DNA of 64,000 bases, from assembly GCA_963801605.1 (NCBI GenBank), contig CAWDFP010000006.1, positions 1,536,001 to 1,600,000 on the forward strand, in the 5' to 3' direction. The DNA comes from an uncultured candidate division Zixibacteria bacterium (GTDB lineage: Bacteria > Zixibacteria > MSB-5A5 > UBA10806). A program made the translations under genes and the position numbers. Shown piece by piece: positions 1 to 10,989 of this stretch. Below the pieces are notes generated by a model. The model was not told the origin of the DNA and made no database searches. It saw nothing but the letters and a program-made list of their open reading frames with translations. Position 1 is the first letter of the stretch. Every line of letters begins with the position of its first letter.

Positions 1-4
1 ACTT

Positions 5-1528
5 ATGGTCGATGCCACATTGGCCCAGTCGCCCGGCGACACAATTGGGTGGATGCAATTTGATAATCAAAGCTGGGCTTCTATCGGCCATAAAATCGCG
101 ATCGATGACGATGGTGGGGCCCATATTGTCTGGCATCAATCTTACCCCGATACAATTGAATGGAACATCAAATACGCTCATATCAGTAGTTCGGGTTCAA
201 GAGAATATTTCGATCTTGGTGTGGGAGAATGTCCCCAGATTGCTCTTAATTCTCAGAATCAACCGGGCATAACTTTTCATCATGGTGATGACTGGGATAT
301 GACTTATTGGACTCCTCAAGGCCGCTATCTTTTGCCGGATATCGGGATGTGGCCGATGGTGACTATAGACCGTCAGGATCGGGTTCATATCGCTTATTTT
401 TGGTTCGGTGGCGGACGGGAAGGCGTCCGCAATATTGGATACGTTCGTTCCGATGATAGTGGTCAGACCTGGACAGAACCGGTAAAAGTCGATTCCGCCC
501 TTACTCCGTCTTTTATGATCACTTCCAGCCCCGTTTCGGATAAGGTGGCAATAGTTTATTCTAATAATCTGACCTGGGAGCCTGTGGGCGTTTCATATAT
601 TGAATCCCGAGACGGCGAAAACTGGGATTGGCAGGAAGGCGCCATTGATGTCACCAATTATCCGCACGATCCTTTTGTCACGGGGGATGATCTCGATGCC
701 GTCTATGATTACAACGATAATCTGCATATAGTCTGGAACGCCCAGGCATGTTATGGTAACAACGATAACGACTCGGTCTATATTCGCCATTATGATTCCG
801 CCTCGGGGCAGACTAACGTGGTTGCTGTAGTACCGCCCTGGCCGATAGATAATAATTGTATTGTAGGTTGGTGGAATGGCCCCCTCTGTAAAATGTCGAT
901 TGCTCGTTCAATTGGATCGCTTCTGGCAGTCACATATACCAGATTTGATCCCAAGGATTGCTCGCAGGGAGGGAGCGCCGAGGGTGAAATATTCATGCAA
1001 TTATCTCGTGATGGTCAAACCTGGAGCTTCCCCTCAAACCTCACACATTCCCGGACTCCTTTTTGCGCCTCAGGGGACTGCAATTCCGATCACTGGGGTT
1101 CGCTGGCTGAAAGGCTTGACGGCCATGCACATCTGTTTTATGTCAATGACAAGGACGCTGGTGACCGCTATTTTGGTGAGGGTTCATATACCATTAATCC
1201 GATGCTTTACTACCCTATCCTGATTGAGGAGTCAAATATTGCTGATGGAACAGCTGCACTGCCAAAAGAGATGGTAATTTCCTACAACTACCCCAATCCT
1301 TTTAATGCCCAAACAACAATTCTATATTCTCTCGCAAAAGAGTCGCAAATTAAAATTGAGCTGTTCAATGTCTTAGGTGAAAAAGTTAAAACCCTGAAAG
1401 AGGGAAGAGAGATGGCCGGCAGCTATGCTGTTACCTGGGACGCCGAAGATTATCCATCCGGCATCTATTTCTACTGCCTGCAAACGGAATTCGGCGCTCA
1501 AAACGGAAAGATGGTGCTGCTGAAATAG
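5..1528 (+). CDS. Secreted BNR/Asp-box beta-propeller-like protein with C-terminal T9SS-type sorting domain (N-terminus probably lies before the window)
   Basis: Asp-box SDDSGQTW; NYPNPFN...SGIYFY...KMVLLK C-terminal domain; paralogous to the next two ORFs, which carry longer signal peptides. Confidence 0.8.
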   Translation: MVDATLAQSPGDTIGWMQFDNQSWASIGHKIAIDDDGGAHIVWHQSYPDTIEWNIKYAHISSSGSREYFDLGVGECPQIALNSQNQPGITFHHGDDWDMTYWTPQGRYLLPDIGMWPMVTIDRQDRVHIAYFWFGGGREGVRNIGYVRSDDSGQTWTEPVKVDSALTPSFMITSSPVSDKVAIVYSNNLTWEPVGVSYIESRDGENWDWQEGAIDVTNYPHDPFVTGDDLDAVYDYNDNLHIVWNAQACYGNNDNDSVYIRHYDSASGQTNVVAVVPPWPIDNNCIVGWWNGPLCKMSIARSIGSLLAVTYTRFDPKDCSQGGSAEGEIFMQLSRDGQTWSFPSNLTHSRTPFCASGDCNSDHWGSLAERLDGHAHLFYVNDKDAGDRYFGEGSYTINPMLYYPILIEESNIADGTAALPKEMVISYNYPNPFNAQTTILYSLAKESQIKIELFNVLGEKVKTLKEGREMAGSYAVTWDAEDYPSGIYFYCLQTEFGAQNGKMVLLK

Positions 1529-1636
1529 TAAGCATTTTAAAACTTGGTGACCCCTGCGGTCTTGATAAACCCGATTAAATATATCCTCTTTTATTTCCTG
1601 GGTCCTTTGCGCTACCCTTTTCATTTAAGAATTTCA

Positions 1637-1665
1637 TTGACAACCCTCTCCACGCGGCCTATATT
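1637..1665 (+). promoter_or_regulatory. sigma70-type promoter
   Basis: TTGACA-17 nt-TATATT upstream of the ORF at 1749, which has an AAGGAGG SD. Confidence 0.6.
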
Positions 1666-1748
1666 TTTAACATAATTTGTGCCTGCATGAGCGGGAAATT
1701 TTATCACCTATCCTATAATCTGTACAAGCTCCTTCAAGGAGGAAGATT

Positions 1749-3302
1749 ATGCGATGGTTAATTGGTTCCTTTTGTTTAACTGCGATTTTCATAACGATTT
1801 TTGCCTCCACGGATGCCCTGGCCCAAACCCCGGGTGATACTGTTGGATGGACTCAGTATGATTATCAAGCCAGCTACCCAACCGGCCAGCGGATTACAGT
1901 TGATAATCTCGGACGGGTGCATCTGGTCTGGATATCCAGTTATACCTATCCCGCTAATAGACGGGTTCGTTACGTCTATAGCGATTCATTAGGCGCTTTC
2001 CACGGCTACGATCTTGGCTTGGCCGGAGGCCCCCAACTTGCCGTAAACTCTCAAAATCAGGCCGGCATCATATTCAGCGCTAATACGGGTCTCGAATACT
2101 GGACAATAGATAGCCAATCGCACGTTGCCACTGGCGCTAACTGGCCGAGCTTGTCAATCGATCATCAGGATCGAATTCATATCCTTTATTATACTCCCGG
2201 TTTTATTATTACCTATACCCGTTCGGATGACAATGGCCTGACCTGGAACCCTGCTCAGATCGTCGATTCAACTGATATGCCATCTTATATGATTACCTCC
2301 AGTCCGGTTTCGAATAAAACCGCTGTTATCTTCTACCATTTTGACTCATCATTGCAGCTTTGGACGATTAATTATATTCAATCCCTCGATGGTCAGCAGT
2401 GGGATTGGCAAAATGGCAGACAGCAAGTCGTTCCTCTATATGGCGATCTGAATCCCTACGGCGCTGATTTCGATGCTGTCTATGATTACAACGATGATTT
2501 TCACATAATCTGGAATGCCCAGCGCGGAACCCCTTATGACCCGCCCGATACTCTATATTTTTGCCATTTCGACGCCATAAGAAATCAAACCAGTATAATT
2601 TCGAAATGGGACCCGTTACCTGATCCCCTAATCCTGGGCGCCTGGAACAATGTTATTTGCAAAATGTCGATTGCGGCACAAATTATCAGCTCGCTTCTTG
2701 TGGTTACTTATACCAGATTTAATTCCAACGATGTTTCGCTTGCCGGATTTGCCAACGGCGAAATTTATCTGCAATATTCCTATAATGGTCAGAATTGGTC
2801 AATTCCGGCCAATATTACCAATTCGCCTTCACCCGATTGCGCCGCCGGAGATTGTAATTCGGATCACTGGTCGTCCCTGGCGGAAAAAATCGATAATAAC
2901 CTGCATCTTTTCTATGTAAACGATAAAGACGCCGGAGCTATTCCTCAATCCGAGGGTTCGATCACCACTAACCCTTTGCTTTTTCTTCGTTATCCGGTCT
3001 CTCAACTTGGAATAACCGAAGATGAACCTGCCGCTCCTTCTGAATTTTCGCTCTCGCAAAACTACCCCAACCCCTTCAATGCCCGCACTACCATATCATA
3101 TACCCTGGGAAAAGAATCTGACGTCAAACTTGAGATTTACGATCTCCTTGGAAGACGGCTTGAAACGCTTCAAGACGATTGTGTAGCCGCTGGTAGCCAC
3201 TCAATAATCTGGAACGCGGCAGATCGGGCTTCCGGTGTATATTACTATCGCCTTAAAATTGATGAAAAATCGCTTGCCAAACGATGCCTTTTGATGAAAT
3301 AA
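1749..3302 (+). CDS. Secreted BNR/Asp-box protein with T9SS-type sorting domain (paralogue 2)
   Basis: Signal peptide ending ALA-Q; SDDNGLTW; NYPNPFN C-terminal domain. Confidence 0.85.
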   Translation: MRWLIGSFCLTAIFITIFASTDALAQTPGDTVGWTQYDYQASYPTGQRITVDNLGRVHLVWISSYTYPANRRVRYVYSDSLGAFHGYDLGLAGGPQLAVNSQNQAGIIFSANTGLEYWTIDSQSHVATGANWPSLSIDHQDRIHILYYTPGFIITYTRSDDNGLTWNPAQIVDSTDMPSYMITSSPVSNKTAVIFYHFDSSLQLWTINYIQSLDGQQWDWQNGRQQVVPLYGDLNPYGADFDAVYDYNDDFHIIWNAQRGTPYDPPDTLYFCHFDAIRNQTSIISKWDPLPDPLILGAWNNVICKMSIAAQIISSLLVVTYTRFNSNDVSLAGFANGEIYLQYSYNGQNWSIPANITNSPSPDCAAGDCNSDHWSSLAEKIDNNLHLFYVNDKDAGAIPQSEGSITTNPLLFLRYPVSQLGITEDEPAAPSEFSLSQNYPNPFNARTTISYTLGKESDVKLEIYDLLGRRLETLQDDCVAAGSHSIIWNAADRASGVYYYRLKIDEKSLAKRCLLMK

Positions 3303-3404
3303 AAGGCGTGTATGATTGTATTTAATAGATGAAACAAGAATGTAAGGTATTGACGATTAAAATTTTCAAACAATTTTCAGACCTTTTATTAAGGAGGAAA
3401 ACTA

Positions 3405-5183
3405 ATGAAACCTAAAATGCTATTGTTGTTGATTGTGGCAATACTCCTTGCCCTAACCGTCTCGGCTTTAGCGGTCGATATGGTTAAAACCAAACCCTTA
3501 CCGGTAAACCCGGCATATCTCACCGGAGACGAGATTTTGCCGAACGCTTCCTATCATCCCACCACTCCCGGCGTAATCTGCGACTCCCCGGGCGAGATTA
3601 TGGGCTGGACTCAATATGATTACCAGTCTAACGGTTCCACCGGCCGCCGGGTCGTGGTCGATCCCGCTGGCGGATTGCATTTCGCTTGGATGTGTGGTGA
3701 TCCTTTCCCGTCAATTAGAAACATTAAGTATAATTGCTTTACGCCTACTTCCCCGTCTCAATGGCCGGAGGAAGGCATTACGATTTCCTATCGTAACGGG
3801 GCAGGATATACTCAAATCGGCGTTTTGGCCGATGGCCGGGCTGCCGTTGCCTTTCATCAGGCGCCAACTAACGCGGAATCGCTGTTTTGCGCCATAGATC
3901 AGTTCCAGTGCCTCGGTGCTTTTGATGTTCGCCATCCGCCAAGCCGACTGGGAACCCTTAATAAGACAATTTGGCCCTATATTACGGTTGACCGTAGCGG
4001 CCGGATTCACCTCGTTGCCACCACAACTACTACCGGTTTGAGCTACACTTACGAACCCGTGGGATATTCTCGCTCCAACAATGGCGGCACCACCTGGGTA
4101 GCGATGGCCGCAGTTGATACCACGCGGGCAATCTCAACAATTGTCGTTTCCAGCAAGGTGTCCGATAAAGTTGCCATAGTTTATACTCATCCATTCGATA
4201 CCACTGCTGGCAGGGCGGATGTTTACTATATTCAGTCCGCCGATGGTATCACCTGGAATAATTTTACACCCAAAGTGAATGTTACAACCTATCACCGCGG
4301 TGGTGATTCTCTCTATGCCTGGTCCGAGGTTAGTGCTTTATACGATTTCAATGACAATCTGCATATAGTCTGGCCGGGGATATATGTTGCCGGCGCCCCT
4401 AATTCGCCGCCATCATTCTATTATGGCCGTTCGCATATTTACCATTGGGATGCTACCTCTAACTCAATTCATTACTTCGCCGATTTCGATTCAACCTGGC
4501 CCAGCGCCGGTTGCGATATGGCCAGCGGAGGCTTCACTCAAGCCAGGGTTTCTGTAGCTATTGACTCTACGAACAATCTTTTCGTGGCCTATACCAGTTG
4601 GGATACATCGGATTGCTCCCTTACCGGTTTCGCTAATGGCGACATCTATTTGCAAAGTTCGCATGATAACGGCGTCACCTGGTCTCCCAGAGTTAATATG
4701 ACCAGTTCTCCAACTCCGCTTTGCGCCGCAGGCGATTGCGATGCCGATAACTGGTCATCTTTGGCCGAGGTTACCACCACCGGAGGCATGCTCCATCTGT
4801 TTTATGTCAACGATAAAGACGCTGGTGGCGTTGTCAATTCCGAGGGTTCCGCCACTGATAACCCGATGCGTCATATAGAATATCCTACTACTGCCGTTGG
4901 GGATGATATCAGGCAGCCTCTATATTTCTCGCTGGCTCAGAACTACCCCAATCCGTTTAATAGCAAAACAAATCTTGATTTTACCTTGGATAAGCCATCC
5001 CATGTCACCCTGACTGTTTATGATGTTACCGGCGCGCTTATCGCTACTCTGACGGCAGGGGAGATGCAACCCGGCGCCCATTCTGTAACCTGGAACGCTG
5101 ACGGTGTTTCCTCTGGAGTCTACTATTATCGTCTTGCCACAAATACTGGTTCTCAGGTCAGGAAGATGACTCTGCTTAAATAG
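3405..5183 (+). CDS. Secreted BNR/Asp-box protein with T9SS-type sorting domain (paralogue 3)
   Basis: Signal peptide; SNNGGTTW and SHDNGVTW Asp-boxes; NYPNPFN C-terminal domain; AAGGAGG SD. Confidence 0.85.
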   Translation: MKPKMLLLLIVAILLALTVSALAVDMVKTKPLPVNPAYLTGDEILPNASYHPTTPGVICDSPGEIMGWTQYDYQSNGSTGRRVVVDPAGGLHFAWMCGDPFPSIRNIKYNCFTPTSPSQWPEEGITISYRNGAGYTQIGVLADGRAAVAFHQAPTNAESLFCAIDQFQCLGAFDVRHPPSRLGTLNKTIWPYITVDRSGRIHLVATTTTTGLSYTYEPVGYSRSNNGGTTWVAMAAVDTTRAISTIVVSSKVSDKVAIVYTHPFDTTAGRADVYYIQSADGITWNNFTPKVNVTTYHRGGDSLYAWSEVSALYDFNDNLHIVWPGIYVAGAPNSPPSFYYGRSHIYHWDATSNSIHYFADFDSTWPSAGCDMASGGFTQARVSVAIDSTNNLFVAYTSWDTSDCSLTGFANGDIYLQSSHDNGVTWSPRVNMTSSPTPLCAAGDCDADNWSSLAEVTTTGGMLHLFYVNDKDAGGVVNSEGSATDNPMRHIEYPTTAVGDDIRQPLYFSLAQNYPNPFNSKTNLDFTLDKPSHVTLTVYDVTGALIATLTAGEMQPGAHSVTWNADGVSSGVYYYRLATNTGSQVRKMTLLK

Positions 5184-5214
5184 CTGACGCATCATTTCTT
5201 TCGATAATATTTGC

Positions 5215-5249
5215 GGGGCGTACCTTCAACGATACGCCCCCTTTTTATT
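5215..5249 (+). terminator. Intrinsic terminator
   Basis: GGGGCGTA/TACGCCCC stem followed by CTTTTTATT. Confidence 0.7.
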
Positions 5250-5286
5250 CGTAACCCGCCTTTCAGCAAGTCTATTGTAGTTTATT

Positions 5287-5504
5287 ATAGGTCAAGACCC
5301 CCGAGAATCTTGACTCTTTAAATCTAATCCTGTGATAAACAATATTTTGCAATGCCTTAATTTATTCAACCGTAGGTCGGGTTCCGAGTCCTCTTAGGAC
5401 GAGAAACCCGACAAACCCAGTCTCTTTAATTCTTGCCTTGAAATAAATATTATTATTGCCAAGCCTCCATTTACTCAACCGTATGGGCACATCTCGATGT
5501 GCCC
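5287..5504 (+). repeat. Cluster of GTAG-type REP-like hairpins
   Basis: ATAGGTCAAGA..TCTTGAC (5287-5314), GTAGGTCGGGTT..AACCCGAC (5372-5412), GTATGGGCACAT..ATGTGCCC (5481-5504). Confidence 0.75.
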
Positions 5505-5739
5505 TGCTTTTTTTAAAATTCCATATTCGTCGATTTCGCGGCTTTCGTAACCCGCCTTCCAATCGCTCACAAACACCCGTTTTCTAATGTCGCTAATAAT
5601 ATCGACTACCAATATCAATTATAACCGCCCTGCCAAAAGTAATCTTGACACGGACCTGATTTTTAGCTTATTTGAACGTTTGTTTTGGATGAAAATTGGG
5701 TGGTGTTAATACAGGGCCAATCAGTCCGGTCCGGGGAGA

Positions 5740-6888
5740 ATGAGGATGAAAATTCACGAATATCAGGCCAAAGAAATTTTCGGCAAGTTTTTAATACCGA
5801 TTCCCAAGGGTGAGGTCACCGGCTCTGCTGACGATGCCCGTCAATTGGCTGTCCGCTATGAACGGCCTGTGATGGTTAAGGCCCAGGTGCATGTCGGCGG
5901 ACGAGGCAAGGCGGGCGGTATCAAATACTGCAAAGACCCTGATGAAGCTTTTTTCGCCGCTCAGGATGTACTGGGGATGAATATCAAAGGGCTAACCGTT
6001 AAAAAAATTCTGGTTACCGAGGCGCTTGATATCGTCAACGAGGCTTATGTCGGCATAGTCCTTGATAGAATCACCAAAAAAGCGGTTATTATGGTTTCTC
6101 CGGCGGGCGGAATCGATATCGAAGATGTTGCCAAAAACACTCCCGAAAAGATTATGAAATACGCCGTTGATCCCATCATGGGCCTGCAAACTTTTGAGGC
6201 CACCGAGCTGGCCATGTTTGTTTATAAGGATTTCAAACTCGTTCGCCAGTGCGCTGCGATTATCAGCAAACTTTATAATGTATTTATGGGCTGTGACGCC
6301 TCGCTGGCGGAAATCAATCCGCTGGTCGTCACCAAGCAGGGCCAGCTTATCGCTCTTGACGCCAAAATCAATCTCGATGACAACGCCCTCTACCGTCATC
6401 CTGATCTCGAAACGCCTGCGCGATCTCGATGCCGAGGACCCTGACGAGATGGCAGCCAAACGGGCCGATCTCTCCTTCGTCAAACTCGATGGCAACATCG
6501 GCTGTATTGTCAACGGCGCCGGGCTTGCTATGGCTACGATGGATCTCGTCAAGCATTTCGGAGGTGACCCCGCCAACTTTCTCGATATCGGCGGCTCCTC
6601 ATCGCCTGAAAAAGTTATCGCCGCCATGCGGATTATTACCGATGATCCCAAGGTTCGCGTTATCCTCTTCAATATCTTCGGCGGTATCACTCGTTGTGAC
6701 GATGTCGCCAACGGCATCGTGAAGGCAGTGGAGATTCTCAAGCCAAAAGTGCCGATTGTGGTTCGTCTAACCGGTACCAACGAGGATAAAGGCTCGCGAG
6801 ATATCTGAAGAACGTGGGGATGGAGGCTACTTCCTCTATGGAGGATGTGGTCAAGATGGCACTCAAAATGGCGCATCAGCAGGGATAG
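5740..6888 (+). CDS. sucC: Succinyl-CoA synthetase beta subunit (indels near 6415 and 6800)
   Basis: [52 protein letters not shown] spread over successive frames. Confidence 0.95.
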
Positions 6889-6900
6889 GGGATAAAAATC

Positions 6901-7872
6901 ATGGCAATATTCGCAGATAAAAATTCAAAAGTAATCGTCCAGGGTATTACCGGACGAGATGGAGCGTTCCACACTCAACAAATGATTGCTTACGGCACCA
7001 AAGTGGTTGGCGGCGTAACACCCGGTAAGGGCGGCACCGAAATGCACGGCGTACCGGTCTTCGATACGATGGAAGAAGCGGTCAGGAAGACTAAAGCCAA
7101 CACCTCGGTAATATACGTTCCACCGCAATTCGCTATCGATGCCATCTATGAAGCCGCCGCCGCGGGCGTCAAACTGATAGTTTGCATCACCGAGGGTGTA
7201 CCCGCTAACGATATGCTCAAGGTTTATCATTATCTCAAAACCAAAGGCATCCGCCTTATCGGCCCCAACTGCCCCGGGATTATTTCGCCGGGACTTACCA
7301 AAATTGGCATCATGCCCGCCCAGATTCATAAAAAGGGTAACGTTGGCGTTGTCTCCCGTTCTGGCACCTTAACCTACGAGGTAGTTTATCAGCTCACTCA
7401 AAGCGGCATGGGCCAATCAACATGCATCGGCATCGGAGGCGATCCTGTTATCGGCACCAACTTCATCGATTGCCTGGCCGCTTACGAAGCCGATCCCGAC
7501 ACCAAAGCGGTCGTGATGATAGGGGAGATCGGCGGCTCCGATGAGGAGATGGCTGCCGAATTCATCAAAAAGAATATGAAAAAGCCGGTGGTTGGCTTTA
7601 TCGCCGGCCGGACTGCCCCTCCCGGCAAGCGCATGGGACACGCCGGAGCGATCATCTCCGGTTCATCTGGCCTGGCCGCTGACAAAATCGCGGCTCTGAA
7701 CAAAGTCGGCGTGCCGGTGGCGGATATTCCATCGCAAATTCCGGCTCTCGTAGCCGAGCGCTTGAAAGCCAAATCCAAAAAAGCCGCCCCAAAAAAGACT
7801 CAAAAGAAAGTTGCCAAAAAGGCTGTCAAATCAGTAAAAGGAAGTAAGAAAGCAGCTAAGAGGAAAAAATGA
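6901..7872 (+). CDS. sucD: Succinyl-CoA synthetase alpha subunit with Lys/Ala-rich C-terminal tail
   Basis: [27 protein letters not shown] phospho-His motif. Confidence 0.97.
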   Translation: MAIFADKNSKVIVQGITGRDGAFHTQQMIAYGTKVVGGVTPGKGGTEMHGVPVFDTMEEAVRKTKANTSVIYVPPQFAIDAIYEAAAAGVKLIVCITEGVPANDMLKVYHYLKTKGIRLIGPNCPGIISPGLTKIGIMPAQIHKKGNVGVVSRSGTLTYEVVYQLTQSGMGQSTCIGIGGDPVIGTNFIDCLAAYEADPDTKAVVMIGEIGGSDEEMAAEFIKKNMKKPVVGFIAGRTAPPGKRMGHAGAIISGSSGLAADKIAALNKVGVPVADIPSQIPALVAERLKAKSKKAAPKKTQKKVAKKAVKSVKGSKKAAKRKK

Positions 7873-8096
7873 GCGAAGTCGAGGAGAAAAAGAAACTCAA
7901 CAGGCGAACCGACCCGATCCTTATTTACCGGAGATGGTGCAAGGCCTGTGGTATTTGCATAGAGATGTGTCCCAAGACCGTTTTCGATACCGATCCCGAT
8001 GGTTACCCCGTCGTGGCCCGTGGAATGGATTGCACGCAGTGCGCCATCTGCTGGCTGCATTGTCCCGATTTCGCAATAACATCAACTGAGAAATAA
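7869..8096 (+). CDS. korD: 2x[4Fe-4S] ferredoxin-like delta subunit of 2-oxoacid:ferredoxin oxidoreductase
   Basis: [12 protein letters not shown] and [20 protein letters not shown] overlap with sucD. Confidence 0.85.
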   Translation: MSEVEEKKKLNRRTDPILIYRRWCKACGICIEMCPKTVFDTDPDGYPVVARGMDCTQCAICWLHCPDFAITSTEK

Positions 8097-8111
8097 ATTT
8101 CGAGGTTAGTT

Positions 8112-9285
8112 TTGACTGAAATAAAAACACAACCGACTGCCATCTACAAAGCCAATCAACCGCTTCTGATGCAAGGTAACGAGGCCTGCGGTTGGGGTGC
8201 GTTGGCTGCCGGATGTCGCTTCTTCGGCGGATATCCGATCACGCCATCGACCGAAATAGCCGAGCTTCTGGCGCGAAATTTGCCCAGAGTCGAGGGCCAT
8301 TTCATTCAGATGGAAGATGAAATTGCCTCCATCGCGGCCGTCATCGGCGCCTCGGTTGCCGGAGCCAAAGCGATGACAGCCACTTCCGGCCCCGGATTTT
8401 CGCTCATGCAGGAAAATCTGGGTTATGCCTATATGGCCGAGGTCCCCTGCGTAATAGTTAATGTCCAGCGCGGCGGACCATCGACCGGCCTTCCCACCAA
8501 AGTGGCTCAGGCCGATACCATGCAGGCCAAGTGGGGCACGCATGGCGATTATTATCCAATCGTTTTAGCGCCATCTTCCGTAAAAGAATGCTTTGATTTG
8601 ACGATCCGAGCCTTCAACCTCGCTGAGGTTTACCGCAGCCCGGTCATTATTCTTAGCGATGAAGTCCTCGGTCACATGCGGGAAATCGTCACCCTGCCCG
8701 ATCCATCCGAGGTGAAAGTTGAAATCGCGCGCCAAGCCTATCGATCCTCCGGAATGGTACAAACATTTTGAGGTTACTCCGGATTTTCGTTCGCCCATGG
8801 CCATCTTTGGTGATGGTTATCGCTTCCACCTCACCGGCCTGACTCACGATGAATCCGGATTCCCCACTTCGAAAACCAATGAGATCAAAGCCAAGCTTGA
8901 AAAGCTCAAACTTAAAATCATGAGACACACCGAGGAAATAACGCAAATCCGAACTGATCTCATGGAAGATGCTCATATTATGGTCTTCGCTTACGGCTCC
9001 ACCGCCAGAGCGGCCCGTCAGGCGATCCGTATCGCCCGTAAGAAACGCTTCAAAGTTGGCATGGTGCAGCCGCTCACCATCTGGCCGTTCCCCGATGATA
9101 AAATTGGACCCTTTTTAGAGCAGGTTGATACTGTAGTCGTGCCTGAGCTAAACCAGGGACAGATCATCGGCGAGATAGAACGCTTGAGCCGCAAAAGCGT
9201 CCGGATTGTGCCGCTTCAAAGATACGATGGCGAATTGATTACGCCTTCGCAGATCGTAGATGTTATAAAAGAGGAGCATGCCTGA
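8112..9285 (+). CDS. korA: 2-oxoacid (probably 2-oxoglutarate):ferredoxin oxidoreductase alpha subunit (indel near 8730)
   Basis: GNEA, GYPITPSTE, QMEDEIAS, ATSGPG, VQRGGPSTGLPT; C-terminal half in the next frame. Confidence 0.92.
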
Positions 9286-10151
9286 TATGGAACAGTCATC
9301 GAATATCACTCATAAATATCTGCGGTCGAAAAAGAAATTCCCCAATGTCTGGTGCCCCGGATGTGGCATCGGGATCGCTATGGGTGCGCTGATCCGCGCC
9401 ATCGATAGCCTGAGCCTTAAGAAAGACGATGTCGCTGTTGTCTCCGGTATCGGCTGCACGGCCAGAATTCCGGTTTATCTCGATTTCAATACCTTGCATA
9501 CTACTCACGGCAGACCGCTGGCTTTTGCTACCGGCGTCAAGCTCGCCAATCCCAAACTCAAGGTTATCGTCGTCTCTGGTGACGGTGATCTTCTGGCGAT
9601 CGGCGGCAATCACTTCATCCACGCCGCCCGCCGCAACATGGATATCACCTGCATTCTGGTTAATAATTATATCTACGGGATGACCGGTGGTCAATATTCT
9701 CCGACAACGCCGCTCACCAAGCTGGCCTCGACCGCGCCCTATGGTATGATCGAGCAATCGTTCGATCCCGCCGAGCTTGCCAAAGCCGCTGGCGCAACTT
9801 TCGTAGCACGGGGCACGGTTTATCATGCCTCCCAGCTTTCGCGTCTGATGGCCCAGGCCATCGAACGTCCCGGCTTTTCGCTTGTCGAAGTGATGTCCAA
9901 CTGCCACACTCAGTATGGCCGTATGAACCGCGAGGGTAGTGCCGTCAAGATGATCCAATGGCAAAAAGATCACGCCGTTCCTGCTACGGTGGCATCCAAA
10001 ATGACCAAAGAACAGCTTGATGGTAAATTCGTAGTCGGCGTCCTGCATGAAACTCAGAAAGCCGGGCTACGTCGAGGAGTATCAGAAGATAATCGATCGC
10101 TTCCGCGCAGTCCCGGTGGATAAACTTGAGGAAGCACCAACCTCCGGATAA
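9278..10151 (+). CDS. korB: 2-oxoacid:ferredoxin oxidoreductase beta subunit (indel near 10060)
   Basis: WCPGCG, SGIGC, TPP motif GDGD...NN, YGMTGGQYSPT. Confidence 0.92.
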
Positions 10152-10164
10152 ATCAAACTGGGGT

Positions 10165-10391
10165 GGCATGCTTCCCGAGGTCCTTTGGACGAGGAAAGCA
10201 TGTGTAGCCGTAGCTCAAACCCCTTCGGTCTTGACTATGTAGGTCGGGTTCCGAACGAACCTTGTGAGTGAGAAACCCGACAGCAAGAATTGACATCCCG
10301 GGGTAGGTCGGGTTCCGAACGAACCTTGGAGTGAGAAACCCGACTTCAATAAAATGAATAATTGTAGGTCAAATCTCTTCGGAGATTTGAC
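10165..10391 (+). repeat. Mosaic of five REP-like hairpins inside the kor operon
   Basis: Hairpins at about 10167-10202, 10210-10235, 10239-10281, 10303-10344 and 10364-10391; four begin with GTAG. Confidence 0.8.
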
Positions 10392-10422
10392 AACCCGATT
10401 TCCAAATAGGACGTGAAACTTG

Positions 10423-10989
10423 ATGAAAGACCAAAAATTCGAACGTTATGAAATCCGGCTCTCCGGTTCCGGTGGTCAGGGGCTGGTGCTTGGCGGAGTC
10501 ATTCTGGCCGAGGCTATGGGCGTCTACGAGGGCAAGAACGTCACTCAAACGCAGTCTTATGGCCCCGAAGCCCGCGGTGGCGCCTCGCGTTCCGATGTGG
10601 TTGTCTCCGATGGCGAGATCTACTACCCTAAGGCCACCGAACCCGATCTGCTGTTTTGCTTGACTCAGGAATCCTGCGATCAATACTATCCGCAGATGAA
10701 AGAGGGCGGCATCCTGGTGGTCGATAGCGAAAAGGTGCGCCAACTGCCATCGACGAAAGCTTATTCATTGCCGTTTATTAAGACCGCTAAGGAGCAGGTG
10801 GGCACTCCCGTTGTTGCCAACGTCGTCTCCATCGCGGCGGTCGCCGGGCTGACCGGACTCTGTTCAAAGGAATCGGTTCTCAAAGCCGTATTGGCTCGGG
10901 CGCCGCGCGGCACCGAGGATAAAAATAAACTCGCCTGTGAATTGGGATATGATATGGGTGTCAAAGCGAGAGAGGGTGAAAATGGCTAA
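10423..10989 (+). CDS. korC: 2-oxoacid:ferredoxin oxidoreductase gamma subunit
   Basis: EIRLSGSGGQG, QSYGPEARGGASRSDV. Confidence 0.92.
   Translation: MKDQKFERYEIRLSGSGGQGLVLGGVILAEAMGVYEGKNVTQTQSYGPEARGGASRSDVVVSDGEIYYPKATEPDLLFCLTQESCDQYYPQMKEGGILVVDSEKVRQLPSTKAYSLPFIKTAKEQVGTPVVANVVSIAAVAGLTGLCSKESVLKAVLARAPRGTEDKNKLACELGYDMGVKAREGENG

Noticed and set aside
5992..10048. Long antisense ORFs (294 aa at 5992-6876, 250 aa at 9296-10048) and similar shadows elsewhere
   Set aside because: They lie opposite well-conserved genes, show no recognisable motifs, and are expected from codon bias
10239..10391. Tandem repeats as a CRISPR array
   Set aside because: Only two near-identical units with irregular spacing; the same motif is dispersed across the window and no cas genes are present
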